NCBI GenBank assembly: GCA_028532905.1
Contig: JAQQAM010000097.1
Coordinates: 8,506 to 72,505 of the forward strand
Length of the DNA stretch: 64,000 nucleotides
DNA from: Spirochaetales bacterium
Lineage (GTDB): Bacteria > Spirochaetota > Spirochaetia > DSM-2461
Direction of reading: 5' to 3'
Shown: in pieces, positions 8,565 through 17,392 of the stretch
Numbering within the stretch: the stretch's first letter is position 1
Layout: the number at the start of each line of letters is the position of its first letter
Notes under the pieces: generated by a model
What the model was told of the DNA's origin: nothing
The model's input: only the letters and a program-made list of their open reading frames with translations
Databases searched by the model: none
Position numbers and translations under genes: made by a program

Positions 8565-9360
8565 CAGGGAAATTTCCTACCTCCGCATCTCTGTTACCGA
8601 CCGCTGTAATCTGCGCTGCATCTACTGCATGCCCGCAGAGGGTGTTGAGAAAAAAAGACATGAAGACTGCCTCAGTTTTGAGCAGATCACTGCCATAGCC
8701 CGGGAGGCGGCAGCCCTGGGCATCAACAAAATCCGCCTCACCGGAGGTGAACCCCTGGTGCGGAAAGGGATCTGTACTCTGGTAAAGCAGCTTAAAGGTA
8801 TTGAAGGGCTGAAGACTCTGGGAATGACCACAAACGGCCATTTCCTGGAACAGTACGCTCCTGATCTGAAAAAAGCCGGGCTGGACAGCCTCAATATCTC
8901 TCTGGACACCCTGAATCCCGAACGTTACTCACACTTGACCCGGGGGGGTGATATCCGGGAGGTATTCAAGGGAATTGAGGCAGCACTGACATCAGGATTT
9001 CCTTTGAAAATCAATATGGTCGTATCCGATGACACCACTGTCTCAGAAATGAATGAGATGAAGGATTTCTGCGAAAAGAAGGGAATCCGTCTGCAGAGGA
9101 TCAGGGAGTATGATCTGAAAGAGGACAAGTTCAAGGATGAGGAGATCATCTACCACCGCCCTCCCCCCTGTGCCACCTGCAACAGAATACGGCTCCTGTC
9201 CAGGGGCAGCCTGAAACCCTGTCTTCACTCGGATAATGAAATAAGAATCGATCCGGACAATCCGGACCATATAAAAGAAGCCCTTAGAAAGGCTATTACC
9301 GAAAAACCCCGCTGCGGCAGCAGCTGTTCCACCCGGAATATGGTGGAGATCGGAGGATAG
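8548..9360 (+). CDS. moaA: GTP 3',8-cyclase MoaA (radical SAM), short form
   Basis: CNLRCIYCMP radical-SAM motif, auxiliary cluster CATCNRIRLLSRGSLKPC (CxxCx13C) and a C-terminal Gly-Gly. It overlaps moeA by 17 nt. Confidence 0.9.
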   Translation: MLDSFNREISYLRISVTDRCNLRCIYCMPAEGVEKKRHEDCLSFEQITAIAREAAALGINKIRLTGGEPLVRKGICTLVKQLKGIEGLKTLGMTTNGHFLEQYAPDLKKAGLDSLNISLDTLNPERYSHLTRGGDIREVFKGIEAALTSGFPLKINMVVSDDTTVSEMNEMKDFCEKKGIRLQRIREYDLKEDKFKDEEIIYHRPPPCATCNRIRLLSRGSLKPCLHSDNEIRIDPDNPDHIKEALRKAITEKPRCGSSCSTRNMVEIGG

Positions 9361-9822
9361 ATGAAATTCAGTCATATAGATGAAGCCGGACAGGCCCGGA
9401 TGGTGGATGTCTCCGCCAAACCGGTCATCCACAGAACCGCCACGGCAGAAGGGAAAATCTACTGTGCTCCGGAAACTGTTAAGCTGATACAGGATAATCA
9501 GATAAAGAAAGGGGATGTTCTGACAACAGCCAATATTGCCGGCGTTATCGGAGCCAAACAGACCTCCACCCTGATTCCCCTGTGTCACAACATCGGAATT
9601 GACCAGGCGGTACTGAGCCTGGAAGTGGAAGAAGACGGTGTGAGGATCACAGCCAAAACGGTCTGTACCGACAAGACAGGAATCGAGATGGAAGCTCTCA
9701 CAGCCGTCTCCGTTGCCGCCCTGACGGTGTATGACATGTGCAAGGCCGTGGACAAGAAGATGCGGATCGGCGATATACATCTGGTAGAAAAGACCAAAAC
9801 CCCTGTGACAGTCCAGGGCTGA
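9361..9822 (+). CDS. moaC: Cyclic pyranopterin monophosphate synthase MoaC
   Basis: MVDVS.K, KGDVL..A.IAG, LIPLCH, EALTAVSVAALTVYDMCKA. It starts immediately after the moaA stop. Confidence 0.9.
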   Translation: MKFSHIDEAGQARMVDVSAKPVIHRTATAEGKIYCAPETVKLIQDNQIKKGDVLTTANIAGVIGAKQTSTLIPLCHNIGIDQAVLSLEVEEDGVRITAKTVCTDKTGIEMEALTAVSVAALTVYDMCKAVDKKMRIGDIHLVEKTKTPVTVQG

Positions 9823-9874
9823 TACACAGGTCAGGAAATACAGAGCCCGGCAGACGGGTCCCGAAGGAAAACGA

Positions 9875-10321
9875 ATGAGCAGTGAAAAGCAGTTTACAAT
9901 AATGTCCATAAATATTTCGGTGAAAAAAGGGGAACAGAAGGTTCCTGTAGAGAGTGCCGAGCTGAAAGTCGACCATGGTATTATGGGAGACGCCCATGCG
10001 GGGAACTGGCACCGGCAGATTTCCATGCTGGCGGATGAAGATATAGAATCCATGCGGGGCAAAGGGGTGGAACTGAACTTCGGTGATTTTGCCGAGAATA
10101 TCACCACCCGGGGCATAGATCTCTCCTCCCTTCCGGTGGGAAGCAGAATGATGCTGGGAGACTGTGAAGTGGAAGTGACTCAGATCGGCAAAGAGTGCCA
10201 TCACGGCTGTGCCATTTTCCAGGCCGTGGGGGACTGTGTCATGCCCCGGAAAGGGATCTTTGTTAAAGTACTCAAGGGAGGAACCATCAGCAGTGACAGT
10301 AACTGTACTTACCGTAAGTGA
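9875..10321 (+). CDS. MOSC domain-containing protein (short, about 148 aa)
   Basis: GIMGDAHAG.W.RQIS.L, GDFAENITTRG.., EVTQIGKECH..C. These are typical of small MOSC proteins embedded in moa operons. Confidence 0.7.
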   Translation: MSSEKQFTIMSINISVKKGEQKVPVESAELKVDHGIMGDAHAGNWHRQISMLADEDIESMRGKGVELNFGDFAENITTRGIDLSSLPVGSRMMLGDCEVEVTQIGKECHHGCAIFQAVGDCVMPRKGIFVKVLKGGTISSDSNCTYRK

Positions 10322-10760
10322 CCGGGCCAGCCGGGGGGAATACGAAGACCTCTCAGGACCGGAAATTGAGTCCATTATCCTCGGACGGTACCCGGACTGC
10401 CGGGTCCGCCGTCATATTGTGGCGGATGAGCCGGATCAGATCCGCAGTGCCCTGGGAGAATTTCTGGGAGATGACTATATCATCACCACCGGGGGCACCG
10501 GAATCTCTCCCCGGGATGTGACACCCGATGTGTGCCGGGATTTCTGCAGCAGCGAGCTGCCGGGAATTGCCGAAATTCTGCGGAGCGAATCCTACAAAGA
10601 GACCCCCATGGCCATGCTGAGCCGGGGGTATGCCGGACTGAAGGACGGCACCATTGTGGTTAATTTTCCGGGTTCCGTCAAAGCTGTGCGTCTGTGTACT
10701 AAAGTTTTGCTTCCCATTATGGATCACAGTGGTAAAATGCTGAGAGGCGAAGGCCATTAG
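10293..10760 (+). CDS. mog: Molybdopterin adenylyltransferase MogA/MoaB family
   Basis: TVSDRASRGEYEDLSGP, IITTGGTGISPRDVTP, GSVKAV. I set the start at GTG 10293, which has AAGGGAGG 11 nt upstream. The track ORF starts at 10209, inside the preceding gene. Confidence 0.8.
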   Translation: MTVTVLTVSDRASRGEYEDLSGPEIESIILGRYPDCRVRRHIVADEPDQIRSALGEFLGDDYIITTGGTGISPRDVTPDVCRDFCSSELPGIAEILRSESYKETPMAMLSRGYAGLKDGTIVVNFPGSVKAVRLCTKVLLPIMDHSGKMLRGEGH

Positions 10761-10846
10761 ATCTATACGGAAAAAAAATGCCAACCCAATGTTTTTGCGT
10801 TGTTAGGATATAAAAACGAGATATCATAAACCAAAAGGAGTCACCC

Positions 10847-11278
10847 ATGGGAACAGTCAGTGCCATTTTCATCAAAACCGACAAGGATTCACTTCGCAAA
10901 GAGATCACTGAGGGTGAGTTCAAAGAGAACCACGGTCTTGTGGGAGATTTCAATTCAGCCGAAGGCCCCCGGCAGGTCTGCCTGATGCGGAAGGAAGACC
11001 GGACCCTGGTGGAAGCCGATGAACGCAACGGTCTGTGTTTCCCCCGTTTTCTGGAAACGGTCCAGGTGGAAGGCGTCCCCCCTGAACTTCTGAACAAAGA
11101 TAACTGGCTCCGCATCGGAGATGCCATTCTCAAGGTGACTGTAGTCGGTAAGAAATGCTGGCCTGAATGTGAAATCATCCAGAGCAAGTCGGTCTGTGCC
11201 CTCCCGAAGGCGGCCCGTTTTCTGGCGGTTCTGGAATCAGGCGTTATACGTGTGGGAGATGAAGTCACCCCTCTGTAA
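10847..11278 (+). CDS. MOSC domain-containing protein (second copy, 143 aa)
   Basis: Same architecture as 9875..10321: HGLVGD....GPRQVCLM, LRIGDAILKVTVVGKKCWPECEI. Confidence 0.65.
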   Translation: MGTVSAIFIKTDKDSLRKEITEGEFKENHGLVGDFNSAEGPRQVCLMRKEDRTLVEADERNGLCFPRFLETVQVEGVPPELLNKDNWLRIGDAILKVTVVGKKCWPECEIIQSKSVCALPKAARFLAVLESGVIRVGDEVTPL

Positions 11279-11309
11279 TACATCCGGCTTTATGGATTAG
11301 AATACTCCC

Positions 11310-13055
11310 ATGCAGATCCGAATCCACAGACTGTCTCTGAACTATCTGATCACCTTTCTCCTGATGGTGATGCTCCCCTTTTTTATCTTCGGCTACTTTA
11401 TCAACTATTACTACGGCCGTTATCTGATTCAGCAGATGGAACAGAGAATGTCGGAAACGGTCGTTCAGGTTGCCAGAAATCTGGAAGACGAGATTAATAA
11501 TATCAGCATTCTGGCCAGTTCACTGGTTCACAACTCAGAATTTCTGGAAGCTGCGGCCAGTTACAGCAGGGCCACAGGACCGGAGCAGCTGTATCTGGGG
11601 CAGGAAGCCATGGATTTTCATCTGTCCAACCTGTTCCTCTCCACCAATAAGATCGGGTCCATCTATATTTTCACAAAAAACAAGGCCCCCTATCTTTATA
11701 AAAACTTTCCGGTTCACACCAACTCCCCGGCGATTATCGAACCGGATATCGATTCCTGGATGAGCAGTGATCTCAAACACAATGTCATTCAGATTCAGGA
11801 TGAGTTTTTCACCCTTGCCGGCGGTGAGATCCCGGGCAAGGAGCCTCTCCTGACACTTCTGGTACGTCCCCAGAACAGGCCGGTCAGCAGTGAGGAGGTC
11901 AAGGCATTTCTCTTCACATTCCGTATGAATCTCCTCAAACAGATGTATAATCAGAACACATCCCAGGGCTATGGGGCGATTACAAACCGCAGTGGTGACA
12001 TCCTGCTGGGGAATGCGGAGAATGAGAAAACCAGACAGATCCTGGATCAGGACGACAGAACCGGCCGAAAATGGATACGCGTATCTGCTCCTATCCACAC
12101 CACGGGCTGGACCGTAACCCATGCCTATGAGAGGGAATCTCTCCTCCGCCCCTTCCTCCGGATCAGAACCATCTTTAATCTGATTCTCAGCGGCATTATC
12201 ATCATCTTTATTCTATACACGGTTCTCTTCTTTCAGAACATGATCAATCCGGTGAATCACCTTATCGAGTTTATGGACAAAGTGGAACAGGGAGACTATT
12301 CGGTCCGGATTCCCGACCCTGCGGGTCCGGAGGAGATGAAACATCTGCTTTTGGCCTTCAACAGTATGATCAGCCAGGTGGATCAGCTCACCCGGGACAA
12401 AGAGAGGAATGAACAGGAGAAAAACCGTCTGGAGCTGCAGGCTCTCCAGTATCAGATCAATCCCCATTTTGTAGCCAATACCCTGAACGCCATTCGTATG
12501 ATGGCGGTCGTCAATAAGGATGATCATATAAAAAATATGACAGCTTCTCTCATGCAGCTGGTCAATGACAGCTTCCGGGGAGCCGGCAATACAAGCTCTC
12601 TGACCCATGAGATGGAAAGCCTGACCAGCTATGTGCACATAATGAAGGTCCGCTTCGGAAATCCCATCAGCCTCTGCTTCACCATCCCCGAAGAGCTGAA
12701 AAACTGGAAAATAAGAAAAATGATGCTCCAGCCCCTGGTGGAGAATGCCATCATCCACGGCTTTCAGGATGGCAGCCGGAAGGGGATCATACTGATCCAG
12801 GCCTTCCGGAAACAGGACAAACTGATTATAAGAATCACAGATAACGGACAGGGAATGGATCTTCAGACAGAGGGTGTTCTGCCTGAAGGCGGAGAAGAGC
12901 GTCAGGGTCTGACGGCATTGGGCATACGATCGGTCATGAGGCGAATTGAGCTGAACTACGGAGAGGATTACGGATTGAAGATTAAAAGCAGTCCCGGACA
13001 TTACTGCTCTGTGACCCTGACCCTGCCGGGCAGTGAGAATGAGGAGTCACTATGA
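11310..13055 (+). CDS. Sensor histidine kinase, YesM-like (two TM segments, extracytoplasmic domain, HAMP, His_kinase, HATPase)
   Basis: LQYQINPHFVANTLNAI (LytS/YesM-type H-box), LQPLVENAIIHG (N-box), ITDNGQGM (G1). Confidence 0.85.
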   Translation: MQIRIHRLSLNYLITFLLMVMLPFFIFGYFINYYYGRYLIQQMEQRMSETVVQVARNLEDEINNISILASSLVHNSEFLEAAASYSRATGPEQLYLGQEAMDFHLSNLFLSTNKIGSIYIFTKNKAPYLYKNFPVHTNSPAIIEPDIDSWMSSDLKHNVIQIQDEFFTLAGGEIPGKEPLLTLLVRPQNRPVSSEEVKAFLFTFRMNLLKQMYNQNTSQGYGAITNRSGDILLGNAENEKTRQILDQDDRTGRKWIRVSAPIHTTGWTVTHAYERESLLRPFLRIRTIFNLILSGIIIIFILYTVLFFQNMINPVNHLIEFMDKVEQGDYSVRIPDPAGPEEMKHLLLAFNSMISQVDQLTRDKERNEQEKNRLELQALQYQINPHFVANTLNAIRMMAVVNKDDHIKNMTASLMQLVNDSFRGAGNTSSLTHEMESLTSYVHIMKVRFGNPISLCFTIPEELKNWKIRKMMLQPLVENAIIHGFQDGSRKGIILIQAFRKQDKLIIRITDNGQGMDLQTEGVLPEGGEERQGLTALGIRSVMRRIELNYGEDYGLKIKSSPGHYCSVTLTLPGSENEESL

Positions 13056-14188
13056 TTAACCTGCTGATTGTGGACGATGAAGTTCTGGTGAGAACCTCTG
13101 TTCAATCCTTTATGGACTGGGAGTCAGAAGGATTCACCTTTATCGGTGCTGTATCCAACGGTGAGGAAGGGCTGCAGTTTCTAAACGATCATCCGGAAAC
13201 CGATATTATCCTTCTGGATATTCATATGCCCCTTATGGACGGGATCTCTATGATGAGAGAGCTGAAGAAAAGGAACCTGACCCTGCCGGTTCTTATTCTG
13301 AGCGCCAACAATCAGTTTGAATATGTGAGAGAAGCCTTCCAGCTGGGAGCCGTCGATTATATTCTGAAATCGGAAATGGATGATGAGATTCTGCTGAAAC
13401 AGCTGAAGGAAGCGGGGAGTAAAATCAGCAAAACCTCCGGAGAAGATCAGAGTATTAATGCGGGCGAAAAAAAACTTATCATCAATTCCCTCCTGGAAGA
13501 TCTGCTGGAGGGGAAAAACCCTGAAATGAACAGAAAGCTTGTGGAAGATCTGGGATTCCGGTTTTTCTTTCCCTCTAAAATGGGAATTTTTTCCCTGGAA
13601 GAGACAGAAGCTGATGAACAGGCAGTGAAAATCATACAACTCAGAGGAGAGGAGCTGCTCAAGCAGAGAGGGGGCGGAAGTTTCCATATTCTTTCTGAAA
13701 ACAGGGCTCTTTTTTTTGTAAAACCGGAAGAAGCATTCAGTTTTTCCAGTGATTTCAGTGAGATTCTGAAAGATGCCATGAACCTGACCCCTGATATAAA
13801 CCTGAGTTGCATCTGTGAGGATTTCGGAGAGCTTCCGGGACAGTTCCGGTATATGAAAAAACTGGACTCCGGACAAAGCCGCATTATCAGAAAAGCCAAG
13901 TCCTATATCCGGAAGCACTACTCCTCTCCCGGCCTCTCCCTGGAGGAGGTCAGTCTCTATGTAGAGGTCAGCCGGACTCATTTGAGTGCCCAGTTCAAGA
14001 AAGAGAGCGGACAGACCTTCCGGGACTACCTGACACATGTGCGGATTGAAGCGGCTAAAAAGCTCCTGGATGAGACAAACCTGAAGGTCTATGAAATCTG
14101 TGAAAATGTGGGATATCCCAATGTGGAGCATTTTTCCAGAATCTTCAAAAAGCTGACAGGCACCACGCCCAACCGATATCACAGATAA
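13052..14188 (+). CDS. Response regulator with AraC-type HTH output (YesN-like)
   Basis: Receiver motifs LLIVDDE, ILLDIHMPLMDG and a C-terminal AraC HTH (ICENVGYPNVEHFSRIFKKLTGTTPNRY). It overlaps the kinase gene by 4 nt. Confidence 0.85.
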   Translation: MINLLIVDDEVLVRTSVQSFMDWESEGFTFIGAVSNGEEGLQFLNDHPETDIILLDIHMPLMDGISMMRELKKRNLTLPVLILSANNQFEYVREAFQLGAVDYILKSEMDDEILLKQLKEAGSKISKTSGEDQSINAGEKKLIINSLLEDLLEGKNPEMNRKLVEDLGFRFFFPSKMGIFSLEETEADEQAVKIIQLRGEELLKQRGGGSFHILSENRALFFVKPEEAFSFSSDFSEILKDAMNLTPDINLSCICEDFGELPGQFRYMKKLDSGQSRIIRKAKSYIRKHYSSPGLSLEEVSLYVEVSRTHLSAQFKKESGQTFRDYLTHVRIEAAKKLLDETNLKVYEICENVGYPNVEHFSRIFKKLTGTTPNRYHR

Positions 14189-14288
14189 TCATAAAAAAGA
14201 TCAAGATACCTGAACCAGATTCATTTTGCTCTCCGAATTTCAGTGTTAGCCTATTTATAGAACTACAACATTTCTAAAGGAGAAAATC

Positions 14289-15581
14289 GTGAAAAACAGT
14301 AAACTTTTAGTCTTTCTGCTCATTATGTTCGCCATAATGACACCCCTCTTCGGTTCCGGTCAGAGTGACGCTGAAGATGGAAAAGTTGTTCTGAAAATGG
14401 GAGACAACCTTCCTGACAGAACCAATACATGGGGTCTGGTTGCAGAAGAGATTAATGCCGCTTTTATTGAGGCTCATCCCAATGTGGAGTTTGAAGTAGA
14501 GAGCTATCAGGATCAGCCCTATCAGGAAAAGATCAAGATCTACGCCACTGCCGGTCAGCTTCCCGATATTATGAAATACTGGAGCTTCTCAACCCTCCTC
14601 CACCCCCTGGTTGAAAGCAATATGGTTGCCCCCCTGGACCCTGCAGACTTTGAAGGACTGGGATGGATGCCCGGTGCTCTGGAAAGCAATATGGTTGACG
14701 GAAAACTCTACGGTATTCCCGTTTCCGGTGACCTCTGGGTTATGTACTACAACAAAGCCATACTGGATGAATGCGGTGTGGGTGTTCCCACCACCATGGC
14801 TGAACTGAAAGCCGCCAGCGCCAAAATCTCTGAGATGGGATATATTCCCATGGTTACAGACGGAAAAGACGGCTGGCCTCTGAGTATTACCTTTGACAAC
14901 ATCTTCTGGAGAGTCACTGGTGACTACAGCATCATGCTTGATGCCCTGGCCGGAAAAAGATCTTTCACAGATCCCGAGTTCAAAAAAGCGGCTCAGGCCT
15001 ACCAGGATTTTTTCAAAAACGACGGCAACTTCGGTAATGACCTTGTCACAACCGACTACGGCGCTGCCCGGAACCTCTTCGGACAGCAGCAGGCTGCCAT
15101 GTACCTCATGGGTTCCTGGGAACTGGGTCTGGCTACAGATTCCAACTTCCCCGAAGAATTCAGAAGCAATGTAAGAGCCGCCAAATTCCCTGTTATGGAA
15201 TCCGGAAAAGGTGTTGCCGATGATCTGGTTGCCTGGTTCGGCGGAAACTACATTATCAAAGCCGACAGTGAACACAAAGACCTGGCCTATGAGTACCTGA
15301 AAACCTATGCGGAACTCTACCCCAAACTGGTCTGGGAAAAACAGGCTGGATTCCCTGCACAGGCCGTTGCGGCCAGCGACAGTGATACTCCCGTAGCCAA
15401 AGACCTTCTGGGAATCGGTGCTGATGCAACAGCCACCAGCGGAACCACAGGTCTTGACCTGAAAACTCCCGCCTTCAAGGAAGTTCATATGAAGCTCTGT
15501 AAAGACCTTGCCGCCGGAGTCATCTCTGTAGATGAGTTCTGCGAAAGTCTGCAGGAAGCTGCTGAAATCGCAAACAAATAA
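14289..15581 (+). CDS. Carbohydrate ABC transporter substrate-binding protein
   Basis: 430 aa with a signal peptide (MKNSKLLVFLLIMFAIMTPLFGSG) and family-1 SBP features. GTG start with AAAGGAGAA upstream. Confidence 0.8.
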   Translation: MKNSKLLVFLLIMFAIMTPLFGSGQSDAEDGKVVLKMGDNLPDRTNTWGLVAEEINAAFIEAHPNVEFEVESYQDQPYQEKIKIYATAGQLPDIMKYWSFSTLLHPLVESNMVAPLDPADFEGLGWMPGALESNMVDGKLYGIPVSGDLWVMYYNKAILDECGVGVPTTMAELKAASAKISEMGYIPMVTDGKDGWPLSITFDNIFWRVTGDYSIMLDALAGKRSFTDPEFKKAAQAYQDFFKNDGNFGNDLVTTDYGAARNLFGQQQAAMYLMGSWELGLATDSNFPEEFRSNVRAAKFPVMESGKGVADDLVAWFGGNYIIKADSEHKDLAYEYLKTYAELYPKLVWEKQAGFPAQAVAASDSDTPVAKDLLGIGADATATSGTTGLDLKTPAFKEVHMKLCKDLAAGVISVDEFCESLQEAAEIANK

Positions 15582-15596
15582 AATCTGAATCGTTAT

Positions 15597-15630
15597 ACCG
15601 CCGGGAGTCTTGTCTGCCGGCGGTTTTTTT
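15597..15630 (+). terminator. Intra-operon hairpin with a T-tract after the SBP gene (attenuator/terminator)
   Basis: ACCGCCGG (15597-15604) pairs with CCGGCGGT (15617-15624), followed by TTTTTTT. Confidence 0.6.
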
Positions 15631-15666
15631 ACACTTTTTTACAGAAACCTTTTAAGGTATTAATCA

Positions 15667-16554
15667 ATGAACAGCGTATTAAATTCAAAAAAGACCATCT
15701 TTCTGCTGGTCTTCCCGGGACTGGCCATCATGGTTTTCGCCATCCTGGCCCCCATCCTCCTGAGTCTTTATTACAGCCTTACCAGCTGGTCGGGCTTCGG
15801 AGCCAAGGAATTCATCGGTCTTGCCAACTATAAAGAGATCATCACAAAGGACGCGACCTTCTGGAGATCCCTCTGGAATGCTCTCCTCCTGCTGGGAGTC
15901 ACTGTTTTTATCCAGAATGTTCTGGCCTTTATTCTGGCGTCTGTCCTGATTCAGCTGACTGACAGACTTTCCCTGATCCTCAGAACCATATACTTTGTAC
16001 CCGCCATTCTGACCGTAGTTGTGATCACCAAACTCTGGGTGAATATCATGAACCCCAACTTCGGTCTTCTCAATAAACTGCTTAAATCCGCAGGTCTGGA
16101 AGATCTGGCCTATGCCTGGCTGAGCGATCCCAAAACGGCCCTGGGAGCTGTTATTTTTATCACGGTTTGGCATGGATTCGGATGGGCTCTGCTCTTCTAC
16201 TATTCCGGACTGACCACAGTCCCCAAAGAGCTGGAAGAGGCTGCTGTTGTGGATGGTGCAGGACCTGTTACCCGTTATCTGAAGGTTGTGATCCCTTATA
16301 TGATGCCCGTCATTCAGGCGGTTATCATCATCGACATCACAGCCTGTCTGAAGCAGATGGAAATCGTTATGCTCACCACGGCGGGAGGACCGGGCAATAC
16401 AACCCAGTTTGTGGCCTACCACCTTTATGAGCAGGCCTTCAAATTCTCCCGCTACGGCTATGGAAATGCCATTTCCATCCTGTTTGTGATCATTGCCCTG
16501 ACCATCACCCTGCTGGCAAGAAAATATCTGTCCGGAGACAATGGAAATGAATAA
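15667..16554 (+). CDS. Carbohydrate ABC transporter permease (MalF/UgpA-like)
   Basis: 295 aa, 6 TM segments, EAA loop ELEEAAVVDGAGPVTRYLKVVIP. Confidence 0.85.
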   Translation: MNSVLNSKKTIFLLVFPGLAIMVFAILAPILLSLYYSLTSWSGFGAKEFIGLANYKEIITKDATFWRSLWNALLLLGVTVFIQNVLAFILASVLIQLTDRLSLILRTIYFVPAILTVVVITKLWVNIMNPNFGLLNKLLKSAGLEDLAYAWLSDPKTALGAVIFITVWHGFGWALLFYYSGLTTVPKELEEAAVVDGAGPVTRYLKVVIPYMMPVIQAVIIIDITACLKQMEIVMLTTAGGPGNTTQFVAYHLYEQAFKFSRYGYGNAISILFVIIALTITLLARKYLSGDNGNE

Positions 16555-17389
16555 ACTGAATAAAAAAATAACTCCCGGCCAGATCGGCCTGTTTACCTTC
16601 CTGGGGCTCTTTGCTCTGGCTCAGCTCTTTCCTCTGGTCTGGCTGTTCAACTACTCCCTCCACAAGAGCGGAAACCTTTTCGGTAAGAAAGTTTTTGAAC
16701 TGCCCGATCCTCCCCAGTGGGGCAACTATGTCCGGGCCTGGACTGACGGGCGGATTGTGCAGTATTTCTCAAATACCCTCATCGTCGTGTTCTTCTCCAT
16801 AACCCTGATCATGGCCTTCTCCTTTATGCTGGCCTATGCCTGTGCCCGGATGAAATGGAAGCTGAGATCCGCCATCTACAGCATTGTGCTTCTGGGTATG
16901 GTCATCCCCATTCATACCACATTGCTGCCCAACTTTATGTGGTTCAAGCAGTTCGGTCTGATCGATACCAGAATCGGGATCATCATTCCCTATATCGCCT
17001 TTAATATGGCCTTCAGTGTGCTGATGTTTACAGGCTTTCTCCAGTCCGTGCCCTATGCCATGGAAGAATCGGCCTATATGGAAGGAGCCGGTCTGGGCCG
17101 GATACTGATCAGCATCATAGCGCCCATGGCCAAATCCGGATTTGTGACCGTGGGCATCATGGCCTTTCTGAACTGCTGGAACGAGTTCATTATGGCCAAC
17201 ACCTTTCTGGCCAGTGAACCCAAAAGGACCCTCCCCTTTGCGATTATCCGCTTTGAAGGGCAGTATTCCTCGGACTATGCGGTGCAGTTTGCCTGTATGA
17301 TTCTGGTGGCCATCATCCCCATCATCATCTACTTCACCTTTTCCAAACGGGTGATTGCCGGTGTGACTGCCGGTTCGGTGAAAGGATAA
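16541..17389 (+). CDS. Carbohydrate ABC transporter permease (MalG/UgpE-like)
   Basis: 282 aa, EAA loop MEESAYMEGAGLGRILISIIAP. It overlaps the preceding permease gene. Confidence 0.85.
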   Translation: MEMNKLNKKITPGQIGLFTFLGLFALAQLFPLVWLFNYSLHKSGNLFGKKVFELPDPPQWGNYVRAWTDGRIVQYFSNTLIVVFFSITLIMAFSFMLAYACARMKWKLRSAIYSIVLLGMVIPIHTTLLPNFMWFKQFGLIDTRIGIIIPYIAFNMAFSVLMFTGFLQSVPYAMEESAYMEGAGLGRILISIIAPMAKSGFVTVGIMAFLNCWNEFIMANTFLASEPKRTLPFAIIRFEGQYSSDYAVQFACMILVAIIPIIIYFTFSKRVIAGVTAGSVKG

Positions 17390-17392
17390 GAT

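Noticed and set aside
9043-10116. 357-aa ORF on the minus strand
   Set aside because: It is entirely antisense to the strongly recognisable moaA, moaC and MOSC genes. The product is low-complexity and Cys/Gly/Phe-rich, with no recognisable motif. This is a typical shadow ORF.
13181-14182. 333-aa ORF on the minus strand
   Set aside because: It is antisense to the AraC-type response regulator gene, whose receiver and HTH motifs are clear.
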